A stretch of DNA of 64,000 nucleotides from Candidatus Poriferihabitaceae bacterium (GTDB taxonomy: Bacteria; Pseudomonadota; Gammaproteobacteria; Arenicellales; Poriferihabitantaceae): contig CBDFKV010000006.1 in assembly GCA_965249035.1 (NCBI GenBank), forward strand, positions 376,729-440,728, given 5' to 3'. Of the stretch, positions 1 to 8,477 are shown piece after piece (the first letter of the stretch is position 1; each line of letters begins with the position of its first letter). The translations under genes were made by a program, and so were the position numbers. The notes under the pieces are model-generated. The model made no database searches, was not told the origin of the DNA, and saw only the letters and a program-made list of their open reading frames with translations.

Positions 1-2028
1 ATCCACCCCTTTCAGCACCGCAAATGGCAACGCCACCGCCGCAGCCGCTGGTGTCGCTTCTTCGGCAGCCGCTTGTTGCGTCGCACTCATGTAATGGTCT
101 GCGTTGATTTGATTCAAATTCAAGTTAAAGCGATAGCGTGGCTGGCTAAATGATGCCGACGCATTACCCGTCACAGTCGATTCATCTACTATCGCGGTCA
201 TATTCGCCAACTCAATTGAGTCCAGCCCGCCCACATAGTTAGCATCAATCGACGCTTGTTGTAACGCCGCGGCGGGCATATCACCCACGTCAATACCTAG
301 GCGACTTAACTGCTCACGCAAATTAAAAGAAGTGGTTTTAAGCGAGCCCTCGGCCTTCAAATTAGACAAGAGCTGACTAATGTTTGCAGACCCCTGCGCT
401 TCCAGGTCATCTGACTTCAACGTAAACCCAGATAGTTTGGCAGTCTCTTGGCCTAAATCCAGCGCAAACTGTGGCGCATCGATGCTCACTGCATTTAATG
501 CCTTGTCACCCACGCCCAAATCAATGCCTACATTGTGTAACTGCTGGCGCAAGGAAAAGGTTGAGGTTTTAAGCGAACCCTCAGCCTTTATATCTGACAT
601 TAACTGACTCAGTGTTACAGAACCCTGCGCCTCAAGATCATCTGACTTCAACGTGAATGCCGGTAACTTGGCAGTTTCCTGACCTAGGTCCAGCGTAAAC
701 TGTGGTGCATCAATGCTCACTGCATTAAATGCCTTGTCGCCCAAACCCAAATCAATGCCTACATTGTGTAACTGCTGGCGCAAGGAAAAGGTTGAGGTTT
801 GAAGCGAGCCACTTAGTTTTGGTTTAGATAATAGTCCACTGGCTTCAATCCCACCCGTCACTTTGGCATCATCGGCATTCAAGACAAATGCAGGCAAACT
901 GAGGCTTTCGTTACCCATATCAAAGCGGTACTTCGGCGCTTGAATTTGTACCGCTTTAAAAGCACCATCGCCCAAACCCAGGTCAACACCGAGATTAGTC
1001 AGCAACCCTTGTAAGTCGAACACTGAGGTCTCTAATGCGCCCGACAGAATGGGTGCGGATAGTAAGTTAGTAATGTTCAAATCAGCCTTGGCATTTAAAT
1101 CACCCGAATCCAGCGCCAGTGCTGGAGCCGACAAGGTTTCTTGTTGCAAGTTAATGCTCACGTCGCCGGCCCGTAACGTTTGCTTGCCCGCGATCATTTC
1201 TGCCCCAGCTTCTGCGGTATGGTTAAGAGTCAGGCCTTTGATATCTATTTGTTGCTGACTCAAGCCAAAATCAAGCACATCAAAGGCAATATCAGCCTCT
1301 CGCTTGGTCATCGAGACGTTGCCCGTGAAGTCACTCAGCTTCACCGCATCCATGCCATCATTGAGTAAAATGGTGGTATTGGCTTTGATGTATGCCGGTC
1401 CCGGCAAGGCATCGCCTTGTGCCAATACCGAAAGCTCTATATCAGTGGGCTGCCCCGGCTCAATCGTACCTGTTGTAAGGTCAAGCTTTTCCAGCTGATA
1501 GTGCTGGCCCGCACTGTCATCGTTCCAGCTAACTTTACCGTTTTCGATATTGACCCCTTGGATAATCAAACCACCAGCCAATAGCCCTGCCTGTTCTGAT
1601 GATGATTGCTCAATGCTATCCGCATGATCACCGAGCAAATCTGCCCAGTTACTGTCACCCGCAGCGTTCACCGCCAGATTGATATCGGGTTCAACCAAGG
1701 TTACCTGATCTACCTCAAGCCGCTTTTGCAGCAAGGGCTTTAGCTTGACCTTGATCCGTGCTTCTTTTGCAGAAACCATATTGGCTGGTTTAAAGCCGTC
1801 GCGATTGGCCAGACTGAATTCATTAGCGTTTATTCCCAACGACGGATAAAACGACCAACTCAAATCACCCGCTAGGTTGAGCTGGCGCCCGGTTTGCTTG
1901 AACACCGCATCAGATATTTGGGTCTTGTAGTCATTTGGGTCGACATTATTGATCAAAAAATAGCCGCCGCCGACTAATACCACAACCAGGAACAAAACCA
2001 GGAAGAACAAAACTTTGACTAATTTCAT
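1..2028 (-). CDS. AsmA-family protein, N-terminal part only (the gene runs off the window start)
   Basis: The - strand frame is open from the ATG at 2026-2028 to position 1. It is absent from the ORF track because it has no in-window stop. My translation begins MKLVKVLFFLVLFLVVVLVGGGYFLINNVDPNDYKTQISDAVFKQTGRQLNLAGDLSWSFYPSLGI. That is a TM anchor followed by the N-terminal signature I associate with AsmA-like proteins. The + strand ORFs at 380-1498 are antisense artefacts. Confidence 0.7.
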   Translation of the reverse strand, partial: MKLVKVLFFLVLFLVVVLVGGGYFLINNVDPNDYKTQISDAVFKQTGRQLNLAGDLSWSFYPSLGINANEFSLANRDGFKPANMVSAKEARIKVKLKPLLQKRLEVDQVTLVEPDINLAVNAAGDSNWADLLGDHADSIEQSSSEQAGLLAGGLIIQGVNIENGKVSWNDDSAGQHYQLEKLDLTTGTIEPGQPTDIELSVLAQGDALPGPAYIKANTTILLNDGMDAVKLSDFTGNVSMTKREADIAFDVLDFGLSQQQIDIKGLTLNHTAEAGAEMIAGKQTLRAGDVSINLQQETLSAPALALDSGDLNAKADLNITNLLSAPILSGALETSVFDLQGLLTNLGVDLGLGDGAFKAVQIQAPKYRFDMGNESLSLPAFVLNADDAKVTGGIEASGLLSKPKLSGSLQTSTFSLRQQLHNVGIDLGLGDKAFNAVSIDAPQFTLDLGQETAKLPAFTLKSDDLEAQGSVTLSQLMSDIKAEGSLKTSTFSLRQQLHNVGIDLGVGDKALNAVSIDAPQFALDLGQETAKLSGFTLKSDDLEAQGSANISQLLSNLKAEGSLKTTSFNLREQLSRLGIDVGDMPAAALQQASIDANYVGGLDSIELANMTAIVDESTVTGNASASFSQPRYRFNLNLNQINADHYMSATQQAAAEEATPAAAAVALPFAVLKGVD
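320..815 (-). repeat. In-frame tandem duplication inside the AsmA-like gene, period 231 bp (77 codons), with more degenerate copies on both sides
   Basis: Positions 391-621 and 622-852 align base for base with few mismatches (for example cctgcgc at 393 and 624). The string gttgaggttt(t/g)aagcga recurs at about 560 and 791. Confidence 0.85.
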
Positions 2029-2079
2029 GGGGTGTATTCACGTCCTTATTTTAAAGCCTGACGCCAGCAGTTAGGGCAA

Positions 2080-3039
2080 TTAAGCCGCCATCATCGCCAG
2101 CGCGGTTTTGATTACTTCCAGTCCAGCTTCGGGTGGCCGCACACCTTCACTCATTGCGCGGCGCCAATTCTTGGCATTTGGTTGGCCATGATAAAGGCCC
2201 GTTAAATGCGGCGTTAAATGCTTTAGCCAAACGCCCTTTGCCAGCTCAGACTCAATGTAATCACAATAGGCCAGCACTATGTCACGGCGCGACTGAAAAC
2301 GGGCTGAACCTCCATACAGAAGGGGATCAGTTTGATTCAGCACCCAAGTATTCTCTATCGCCGCACGCCCAAGCATGACTGAATCAACTTGGGTTAAATG
2401 CTGCTGCGCCTCGGCGATGGTTTTTATCCCGCCATTGATACTCCAACAACAATCGGGGAATGCCGCTGCCAGCGCGTACACCCGCTCATAGTTAAGCGGC
2501 GGCACTTCACGATTCTGGCGCGGGCTTAAGCCCTTCAGCCAGGCTTTTCGTGCATGAACGATAAATTCGTTGCAACCCGCATCACGCACCACTTGGACAA
2601 AATGGCTCAAATCTTTTAGCTCATCCTGGTCATCAATCCCAATACGGTGCTTAACCGTCACCGGGACTGACACTGCAGCTTGCATTGCAGCGACACACTC
2701 ACCCACTAATTCGGGCTCAGCCATCAAGCAAGCGCCAAATTTGCCAGCCTGCACCCGATCGCTGGGACAACCGACATTGAGATTAACTTCATCATAGCCC
2801 CAGTCCTCCGCAATCTTTGCCGCCTGCGCCAATTGCGTGGGGTCGCTGCCACCAAACTGTATCGCCAGTGGGTGCTCGCTGTCGTTATAGGTTAAAAACC
2901 GTGCGCGATCTCCAAACAAAATCGCGCCAATATGGATCATTTCGGTGTACAGCTTGATATGAGGCGAAAACAGCCGCAGATAGGCTCTGCAATGGCGGTC
3001 GGTAATATCCAGCATCGGTGCGATTGAGAGCAGCGACAT
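2080..3039 (-). CDS. dusA: tRNA-dihydrouridine(20/20a) synthase
   Basis: 319 aa. It begins SIAPMLDITDRHCRAYLRL...LYTEMI and contains NLNVGCP and a TIM-barrel Dus pattern typical of DusA. Confidence 0.9.
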   Translation of the reverse strand: MSLLSIAPMLDITDRHCRAYLRLFSPHIKLYTEMIHIGAILFGDRARFLTYNDSEHPLAIQFGGSDPTQLAQAAKIAEDWGYDEVNLNVGCPSDRVQAGKFGACLMAEPELVGECVAAMQAAVSVPVTVKHRIGIDDQDELKDLSHFVQVVRDAGCNEFIVHARKAWLKGLSPRQNREVPPLNYERVYALAAAFPDCCWSINGGIKTIAEAQQHLTQVDSVMLGRAAIENTWVLNQTDPLLYGGSARFQSRRDIVLAYCDYIESELAKGVWLKHLTPHLTGLYHGQPNAKNWRRAMSEGVRPPEAGLEVIKTALAMMAA

Positions 3040-3094
3040 GATCTATAATCCCGGCCTTAAGTTGGTTGACAAGCCAACAGCTTAACCGATTTGA

Positions 3095-4678
3095 GTGCGC
3101 GATAACATGACCCAACCATTACTAACTCTTAAGCAAAATCTTGACAAAATTGTCAGCCTTGGGATTGATGTTTTATTCAACCAGATCAATCGTGGCATCG
3201 AAAAGGAAAGCTTGCGCACCAGTGATGACGGCACCCTCGCTAACACTGCACACCCCGCAGCGCTGGGCTCGCCGCTCACCCACCCACGAATCACCACGGA
3301 TTTTAGCGAAGCGCAGCTTGAGTTTGTCTCGCCGGTGGTGCAAGACATTGAGGGCATCACCAGCTTTTTAACCGCTGCGCATCATTACACCTATCAAAAT
3401 ATTGGCCAGGAAAAGCTGTGGGTTAATTCCATGCCCTGCATGTTAGAAGGCGACGATGACATCCCGATTGCGCGCTTTGGCCAATCCAATATTGCCAAAA
3501 TGAAAGAAGTGTATCGTCTCGGACTGGGGCATCGCTATGGCCGCTTGATGCAAACTATTTCGGGCATTCATTACAATTTTTCTTTGCCCGATGAGTTCTG
3601 GACCTATTACCTCGGCAAAGATTTATCAAAAACCGAACTCCGAGAGGGTATTTCTGTTGCCTATTTCGGCCTAATCCGCAATTTCCATCGCCATGCCTGG
3701 TTGGTTTTTTATCTGTTCGGCGCCTCGCCTGCGGTGTGCAGAACCTTCCTCAAAGGCCGCGACCATCATCTCGACTCAAGTGATGGCAGCTTTTACGCAC
3801 CCTACGCCACCTCCTTGCGCATGAGTGACGTCGGCTATAGCAACAAAGCGCAAAGCCAAATCAAAGTCTGTTACAACAATCTGGATGATTATATCGACAC
3901 GCTAAAAAAAGCTTTAGCGACCGAACACACGCCCTACGCGGATATCGGCACCGATGGGGGCGATTCGTGGCAACAGCTCAACAGCAATTTGCTGCAAATT
4001 GAGAACGAATTTTATGCTGTCATCCGCCCCAAACGCGTGGTTGCCAGTGGTGAAAAGCCGGTTCATGCCCTGCGCGAGCGTGGGGTGGAATACGTCGAAG
4101 TCCGCTGCATGGACTTAAACCCGTTTGTACCGATCGGCATTGACCAGGAAACCATCCACTTTTTGGATATGTTCCTGCTGCACTGCTTGCTGAGTGCCAG
4201 CCCGGATATTGACGATACAGAAAATGAACACATCGCCAACAATAAATCCAAAGCCGTTTTGGAAGGACGCAAGCCAGGACTTGAATTATCCGATAATGGC
4301 CAGCAACGCAGCCTGACCGATTGGGGCGCGCAGCTCATTGACGAGCTACGGCCGATTGCGGCTATCCTTGATTCCGTTCAGTTCACCAATCATCACAACA
4401 ATGTGCTCGATCAGCAATTGGCTAAAATCAATCAGCCCGAGCTGACGCCTTCAGACCAAGTCTTAGCGACAATGGCTAACAACGATTGGAGTTTTTTCGA
4501 GTTTGCGCAGAACCAAGCGGAAGAGCATGAACGTTTTTTCAAACATCTGCATCTAAATGAATCCACCAAGGCCGACTTTAAAAAGATGGCAACGCTATCG
4601 CTAGCCGAACAGCTCGAAATTGAAGCCAGCGACACGCAAACATTTGATGAGTTCATGGCCGAGTATTTTGCGCGCTAA
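3095..4678 (+). CDS. gshA: Glutamate--cysteine ligase
   Basis: 527 aa. The length and blocks (GIEKESLR, QLEFVSP, RMSDVGY, YVEVRCMDLNPF) match proteobacterial GshA. Confidence 0.9.
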   Translation: MRDNMTQPLLTLKQNLDKIVSLGIDVLFNQINRGIEKESLRTSDDGTLANTAHPAALGSPLTHPRITTDFSEAQLEFVSPVVQDIEGITSFLTAAHHYTYQNIGQEKLWVNSMPCMLEGDDDIPIARFGQSNIAKMKEVYRLGLGHRYGRLMQTISGIHYNFSLPDEFWTYYLGKDLSKTELREGISVAYFGLIRNFHRHAWLVFYLFGASPAVCRTFLKGRDHHLDSSDGSFYAPYATSLRMSDVGYSNKAQSQIKVCYNNLDDYIDTLKKALATEHTPYADIGTDGGDSWQQLNSNLLQIENEFYAVIRPKRVVASGEKPVHALRERGVEYVEVRCMDLNPFVPIGIDQETIHFLDMFLLHCLLSASPDIDDTENEHIANNKSKAVLEGRKPGLELSDNGQQRSLTDWGAQLIDELRPIAAILDSVQFTNHHNNVLDQQLAKINQPELTPSDQVLATMANNDWSFFEFAQNQAEEHERFFKHLHLNESTKADFKKMATLSLAEQLEIEASDTQTFDEFMAEYFAR

Positions 4679-4693
4679 GGTTGCTGTACTATA

Positions 4694-5509
4694 GTGCGGA
4701 CTATGCCTGAACCCATAGCCGGGCTAATCACCGCTGCTAAGGTTCACCCCGAATGGCAGCCGATTCTGGAAACCGCACTCGGCAAGATGGACACCAATTA
4801 TTTGGCATCCTTGCTTGCAGATAACAGCTGGCTTCCCGGCCAGCAGAATTTGCTCGCCGCCTTTCGGCGTGACCTTCAAGGTACACGGTATATTCTATTT
4901 GGTGAATCACCCTACCCGCGTTCAGAGTCAGCCAACGGTATTGCATTTTATGATGCAGCAGTTGGTAGTTTGTGGTCGGATTCAGGCTTATCGAAAGCGG
5001 TTAATCGTGCTACTTCCTTAAGAAACCTGATCAAAACACTATTGTTGTCCGAAGGTTTACTGAAGCCCGACAGCGCTGGCAAGATATCTCAAGAAAGTAT
5101 CGCCGAGATCGACAAATCTAATCTAATAAACAACATCTATCAATTATTTCAACAATTTGAAATAAAAGGATTTTTAATGTTGAATGCCAGCCCGGTGTTG
5201 CACCTCAACCGTAAACCTCAAGTAGAGGCACGCTATTGGCAGCCTTTTATTCAATGCTTGCTACACGAGCTGCCAAAATACACCAAGCCAGCACCCACTT
5301 TGGTGCTGTGGGGCAAAGTAGCAACAACAATAGAACACATTCCTGCAAGTACTGCTTTTCCGCAATTAACCGCCGAACACCCTTACAATATCTCATTCAT
5401 CCACAACCCCGAGATGCAACACTTATTCCAATCTCTGCAGCTACTAAAATCGTATCGACTTACACGTGGAAATGCCGCGCATGCCGAAAGTATCGCCTAC
5501 GATTGCTGA
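4694..5509 (+). CDS. Uracil-DNA-glycosylase-superfamily protein, an UNG-like paralog with a non-canonical motif
   Basis: 271 aa. The layout resembles family-1 UNG (HPEWQPIL...YL..L...LPG..N.LAAF...). The water-activating loop reads GESPYP where UNG has GQDPYH. Confidence 0.55.
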   Translation: MRTMPEPIAGLITAAKVHPEWQPILETALGKMDTNYLASLLADNSWLPGQQNLLAAFRRDLQGTRYILFGESPYPRSESANGIAFYDAAVGSLWSDSGLSKAVNRATSLRNLIKTLLLSEGLLKPDSAGKISQESIAEIDKSNLINNIYQLFQQFEIKGFLMLNASPVLHLNRKPQVEARYWQPFIQCLLHELPKYTKPAPTLVLWGKVATTIEHIPASTAFPQLTAEHPYNISFIHNPEMQHLFQSLQLLKSYRLTRGNAAHAESIAYDC

Positions 5510-5617
5510 TCTTGCGGGCAGTAAGGAAATAGTAATGGCACATTTTGCTGGAGCGATCCAACTTTGAAGCTTAGATCGATCAATCACCTGATTAAAAGCA
5601 ACTATTTCTCAAGGAGA

Positions 5618-6340
5618 TTAAGCTGGTTTAGCACTTCCTTGTTTGCGATACGCCGAAGAACGTCGATCACCGCCTTTGGGTAGTGGCGCGACAGGCCGCT
5701 TAAGTTGTGCCTGAATCCTTGCTCTAAAATGATCGTCGCCCAGCACCCAGGACTTATTGGTCATTTCTCTGATTTCTCGTAGCGTCTTGATCGGAATATG
5801 GGCATTGAACAAAGCGCGATAATTGTCAGATCTTTGCTCAGTGTTGCTGCCCAGTTCACTATACAGCGTGTGCGCCGTTATGAATGAACAAGGTTCACCC
5901 AACGCATTACACCTGAAACTCGACCACGGATATTCACCTGGATGATCAACCATCTCAGCGCGAACGGGGTTGCACTCAATATAGCGATAACAAACCAAGG
6001 CGTAGGTATCACAGTCGATCAATGTTGCTTTGTATCGGCCTTCCCAAAGCGTGCCTGTACGTTGATATTTGAAGTTGAAATACTGGACATAACCGCGGCC
6101 AATGGACTGAATCGCTTTGGATAAGCTGCCCTCAGCCTGAGGCGTAATCAGTAAATGCACATGGTTGGTCATCAACACATAAGCGTGTAGCTCGCAGGGA
6201 TATTTCTTAATCGCTTTTTCAAGCAGCTCCAAATACTGGTGATAGTCATCATCAGCAATGAAAATGGGCTCACGATTATTGCCGCGAATAATGACATGTT
6301 GTGGCTGACCGGGTAGGTTGTATCGAGGTTGTCGGGCCAC
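5618..6340 (-). CDS. REP-associated tyrosine transposase (RAYT) / IS200-like Y1 HUH transposase, copy 1
   Basis: 240 aa. It has the HUH motif in MTNHVHLLITP and a downstream Tyr helix YRYIECNPVRA. The N-terminus is PGQPQHVIIRGNNREPIF. Confidence 0.8.
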   Translation of the reverse strand: MARQPRYNLPGQPQHVIIRGNNREPIFIADDDYHQYLELLEKAIKKYPCELHAYVLMTNHVHLLITPQAEGSLSKAIQSIGRGYVQYFNFKYQRTGTLWEGRYKATLIDCDTYALVCYRYIECNPVRAEMVDHPGEYPWSSFRCNALGEPCSFITAHTLYSELGSNTEQRSDNYRALFNAHIPIKTLREIREMTNKSWVLGDDHFRARIQAQLKRPVAPLPKGGDRRSSAYRKQGSAKPA

Positions 6341-6350
6341 AGTGTTTAGC

Positions 6351-6420
6351 TGATTGTTGGAGTCAGGACATGCTAGCGAAGTCAGTCGATAAAATCAATC
6401 GAGTCTGACCCCATTGGTTT
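6351..6420. repeat. ~70-bp REP-like repeat, copy 1, containing a bulged hairpin at 6381-6409
   Basis: In my hand alignment, the 70-nt segment from tgattgttggagtcagg to ccattggttt matches 7647-7716 at about 60 of 70 positions. The hairpin is GTCAG-TCGAT / ATCGA-(GT)-CTGAC. Confidence 0.8.
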
Positions 6421-6799
6421 TCTTTTTGGGATTAGGATTAGAATTATTGATGAGTTCTAGTTCTTGCATCCCACTTTCCATTTTTTCATAAATTTTAGAT
6501 TTTTCTATATGTTCATTAATAAGGGGCATATATTTCTCTTTAATGTTATTGTCTTTAAATAAAATACCTCCAAAATCATTGAATATCTCATTTATAAATA
6601 TTGAGTTTTCATCTGCAAGTGAAAATATAAATATTGTTTTCAATAAAAATTTATTTACTCTTTCTTTTTCATTCTTATAATTCTTTAATTTTATTTTATA
6701 TATCCACCTCCAAATATCTTTTTCATCTGTTTTTGAGAAAAAGTACTCAGGGTAATGCCGAGCAAATAAAGTCAGTATCTTTAGTTTTTGTAGTGTCAT
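6395..6799 (-). CDS. Hypothetical protein (orphan ORF-A, AT-rich)
   Basis: 134 aa, Lys/Asn/Ile-rich, with no motif I recognise. It lies in a visibly AT-rich stretch. Its last codons and stop lie inside the 70-bp repeat. Confidence 0.45.
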   Translation of the reverse strand: MTLQKLKILTLFARHYPEYFFSKTDEKDIWRWIYKIKLKNYKNEKERVNKFLLKTIFIFSLADENSIFINEIFNDFGGILFKDNNIKEKYMPLINEHIEKSKIYEKMESGMQELELINNSNPNPKKKTNGVRLD

Positions 6800-6890
6800 C
6801 TCAGTAGTTCTATATGCATGGTAGAGGGCATGGGTCAGAATTTGTAGGCATCACCGGCGCAGAGGAACCTAAACCATCAAATAGATCAAT

Positions 6891-6920
6891 GAGAATTCCG
6901 GAGAATTCCGGGGAATTCCG
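6891..6920. repeat. 3 x 10-bp tandem repeat g(a/g)gaattccg, each unit carrying a GGAATTCC palindrome
   Basis: Read directly as gagaattccg gagaattccg gggaattccg. It abuts the left 19-bp inverted repeat of RAYT copy 2. Confidence 0.9.
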
Positions 6921-6938
6921 GGGACACAATACTTAATT
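6920..6938. repeat. Left arm of a perfect 19-bp inverted repeat bracketing RAYT copy 2
   Basis: ggggacacaatacttaatt is the exact reverse complement of 7621-7639 (aattaagtattgtgtcccc). This arm overlaps the RAYT stop codon. Confidence 0.9.
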
Positions 6939-7604
6939 ACCACGATCTACCTTCGGCCCGGGCCTCTTCTTTTTCAGATCACGACCTAAACAACGTCCAA
7001 CATGCTCAACAAATCCCACTGTGCCGAGTGGTCTGCCTGTGCGCTCATGTTGCATCAAAAGTTTATCATCCTGCTCAAGCGCGTCGCCTAGATAGGCTCG
7101 CCAATCACCCAAGTCCACAAATCGCTTTTCATAACCCGTGCTGACCAATCCACTAGGGTCAACACCGGCCAAATGCGCATGCACGCTACTCCATCGATAA
7201 TCCCAGGCCTGCTTCACCATCCCAGCTTTAACCGGGTTAAGCTCTACATACGCCAGCGTGTTAAGCAACCAGTGCTCATTCAGAACATACGAACTGAAAC
7301 GACCTTGCCATAAATACCCCGTCCAGCCTTCACGAAAATTAATTCTACGGGTATAACGTCGGTGGACTTCACCCACCGCTCGGCTCAAATTGGATGTCTT
7401 GCTTGGCACCAATACCAGGTGAACATGGTTGGTCATCAGACAATACGCTAGCACCTCTATCCCTTCCTCTGCGCACCATTGTTTGAGCAAAGACAGATAT
7501 GCCTGATAATCGCCTTCGTTAAAGAATACGTCTTGGCGACGATTACCCCGTTGAACAATATGGTGAGGATATTCGGGTAAAACGATTCGTGCGAGTCTTG
7601 GCAT
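6933..7604 (-). CDS. REP-associated tyrosine transposase (RAYT) / IS200-like Y1 HUH transposase, copy 2
   Basis: 223 aa. It has the HUH motif in MTNHVHLVLVP, a Tyr helix AYVELNPVKA, and the N-terminus PEYPHHIVQRGNRRQDVF. It is only distantly similar to copy 1. Confidence 0.8.
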   Translation of the reverse strand: MPRLARIVLPEYPHHIVQRGNRRQDVFFNEGDYQAYLSLLKQWCAEEGIEVLAYCLMTNHVHLVLVPSKTSNLSRAVGEVHRRYTRRINFREGWTGYLWQGRFSSYVLNEHWLLNTLAYVELNPVKAGMVKQAWDYRWSSVHAHLAGVDPSGLVSTGYEKRFVDLGDWRAYLGDALEQDDKLLMQHERTGRPLGTVGFVEHVGRCLGRDLKKKRPGPKVDRGN

Positions 7605-7620
7605 CAGTCGAGTATAACAT

Positions 7621-7639
7621 AATTAAGTATTGTGTCCCC
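7621..7639. repeat. Right arm of the perfect 19-bp inverted repeat bracketing RAYT copy 2
   Basis: Exact reverse complement of 6920-6938. Confidence 0.9.
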
Positions 7640-7646
7640 CGAACTG

Positions 7647-7716
7647 TGATAATTGGAGTCAGCTCATACTAGCAGGGTCAGTCGATCAAATCAATCGAGT
7701 CTGACCCTATTGGTTT
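7647..7716. repeat. ~70-bp REP-like repeat, copy 2, with a bulged hairpin at 7677-7705, followed by 13-bp tandem units ccctattggttt at 7705-7738
   Basis: Aligns to 6351-6420. The segment 7690-7712 is also the exact reverse complement of 8478-8500. Confidence 0.8.
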
Positions 7717-8252
7717 ACCCTATTGGTTTCATTGGTTTCAAAAGGAAATACAAAGGGTAACAATATTTTATCCTCGCTTTCATAAAATTTACGCCAGCTT
7801 TCACCAACTTTACCTGCAAACTCAGTTTCTTTTTGACTGGCAAGAGCAACAGCATCACCCCTACCTGAGTACTTGCTTAAGTTAGCAACCCGAACTAATA
7901 AACAAGCTGTTAGCCCTGTACTCCATTCTTCGTCACTCATTTCGTTCAAATCAAGGAAATACGGCACTCTCAAAATCAGCACTTTTTTTTGGCATATATA
8001 ATTAACATTCATCCGATAATTCCTTAAGACTATTATTTCTTTAATTGCTCCTTCAAGATCGCTCAAGGTAGATTTGCTAATCTTACGAATAACATCGATT
8101 GATTTTGCTAGATGATCCGCAATTTCTCTTTCTTCCGTATCTTGAGATTGCGAAGTTTTAATACTAATCTTACCCACAAGATTAATCTGTGATAAAGAAG
8201 TATTCACAGCTATTTTTAATAGTCGCTCGATGGTGGATTTAACTATTGACAT
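7707..8252 (-). CDS. Hypothetical protein (orphan ORF-B, AT-rich)
   Basis: 181 aa with no recognisable motif. Its C-terminus (ETNETNRVNQ) is encoded by the 13-bp tandem repeat. It is co-oriented with ORF-C, 11 nt upstream. Confidence 0.45.
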   Translation of the reverse strand: MSIVKSTIERLLKIAVNTSLSQINLVGKISIKTSQSQDTEEREIADHLAKSIDVIRKISKSTLSDLEGAIKEIIVLRNYRMNVNYICQKKVLILRVPYFLDLNEMSDEEWSTGLTACLLVRVANLSKYSGRGDAVALASQKETEFAGKVGESWRKFYESEDKILLPFVFPFETNETNRVNQ

Positions 8253-8263
8253 TAAGATGGGCT

Positions 8264-8449
8264 CTAATCAACTGGACGAGAAATTGTGGTTGGTTGACGA
8301 ACGGAAGGCTCCATATAATAAGGCTCAATACTGGTGCGATCAACCGTAAATGCCTCCCATAACCGAATTAATTGCACTGGATACTTAATGATCAAATTTG
8401 CAACTCCACGCCCAATAATGGCGCTTGAAACAGCAGTTCCACCAACCAC
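8264..8449 (-). CDS. Hypothetical small protein (orphan ORF-C)
   Basis: 61 aa with a GTG start. A 7-bp perfect hairpin lies just upstream at 8451-8468. Support for coding is weak. Confidence 0.25.
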   Translation of the reverse strand: MVGGTAVSSAIIGRGVANLIIKYPVQLIRLWEAFTVDRTSIEPYYMEPSVRQPTTISRPVD

Positions 8450-8477
8450 AAGAGGCTCTAAAGCCTCTCTACAATTT

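Noticed and set aside
2080-3095. The dusA 5' end as an integration hotspot for DusA-specific integrative elements
   Set aside because: dusA appears full-length. Its 5' end faces gshA across only about 55 bp. No integrase, att-like duplication or foreign DNA adjoins it.
6891-6920. Short tandem repeats that might hint at a CRISPR array
   Set aside because: There are only three contiguous 10-bp units with no spacers. No repeat-spacer architecture or cas genes occur anywhere in the window.
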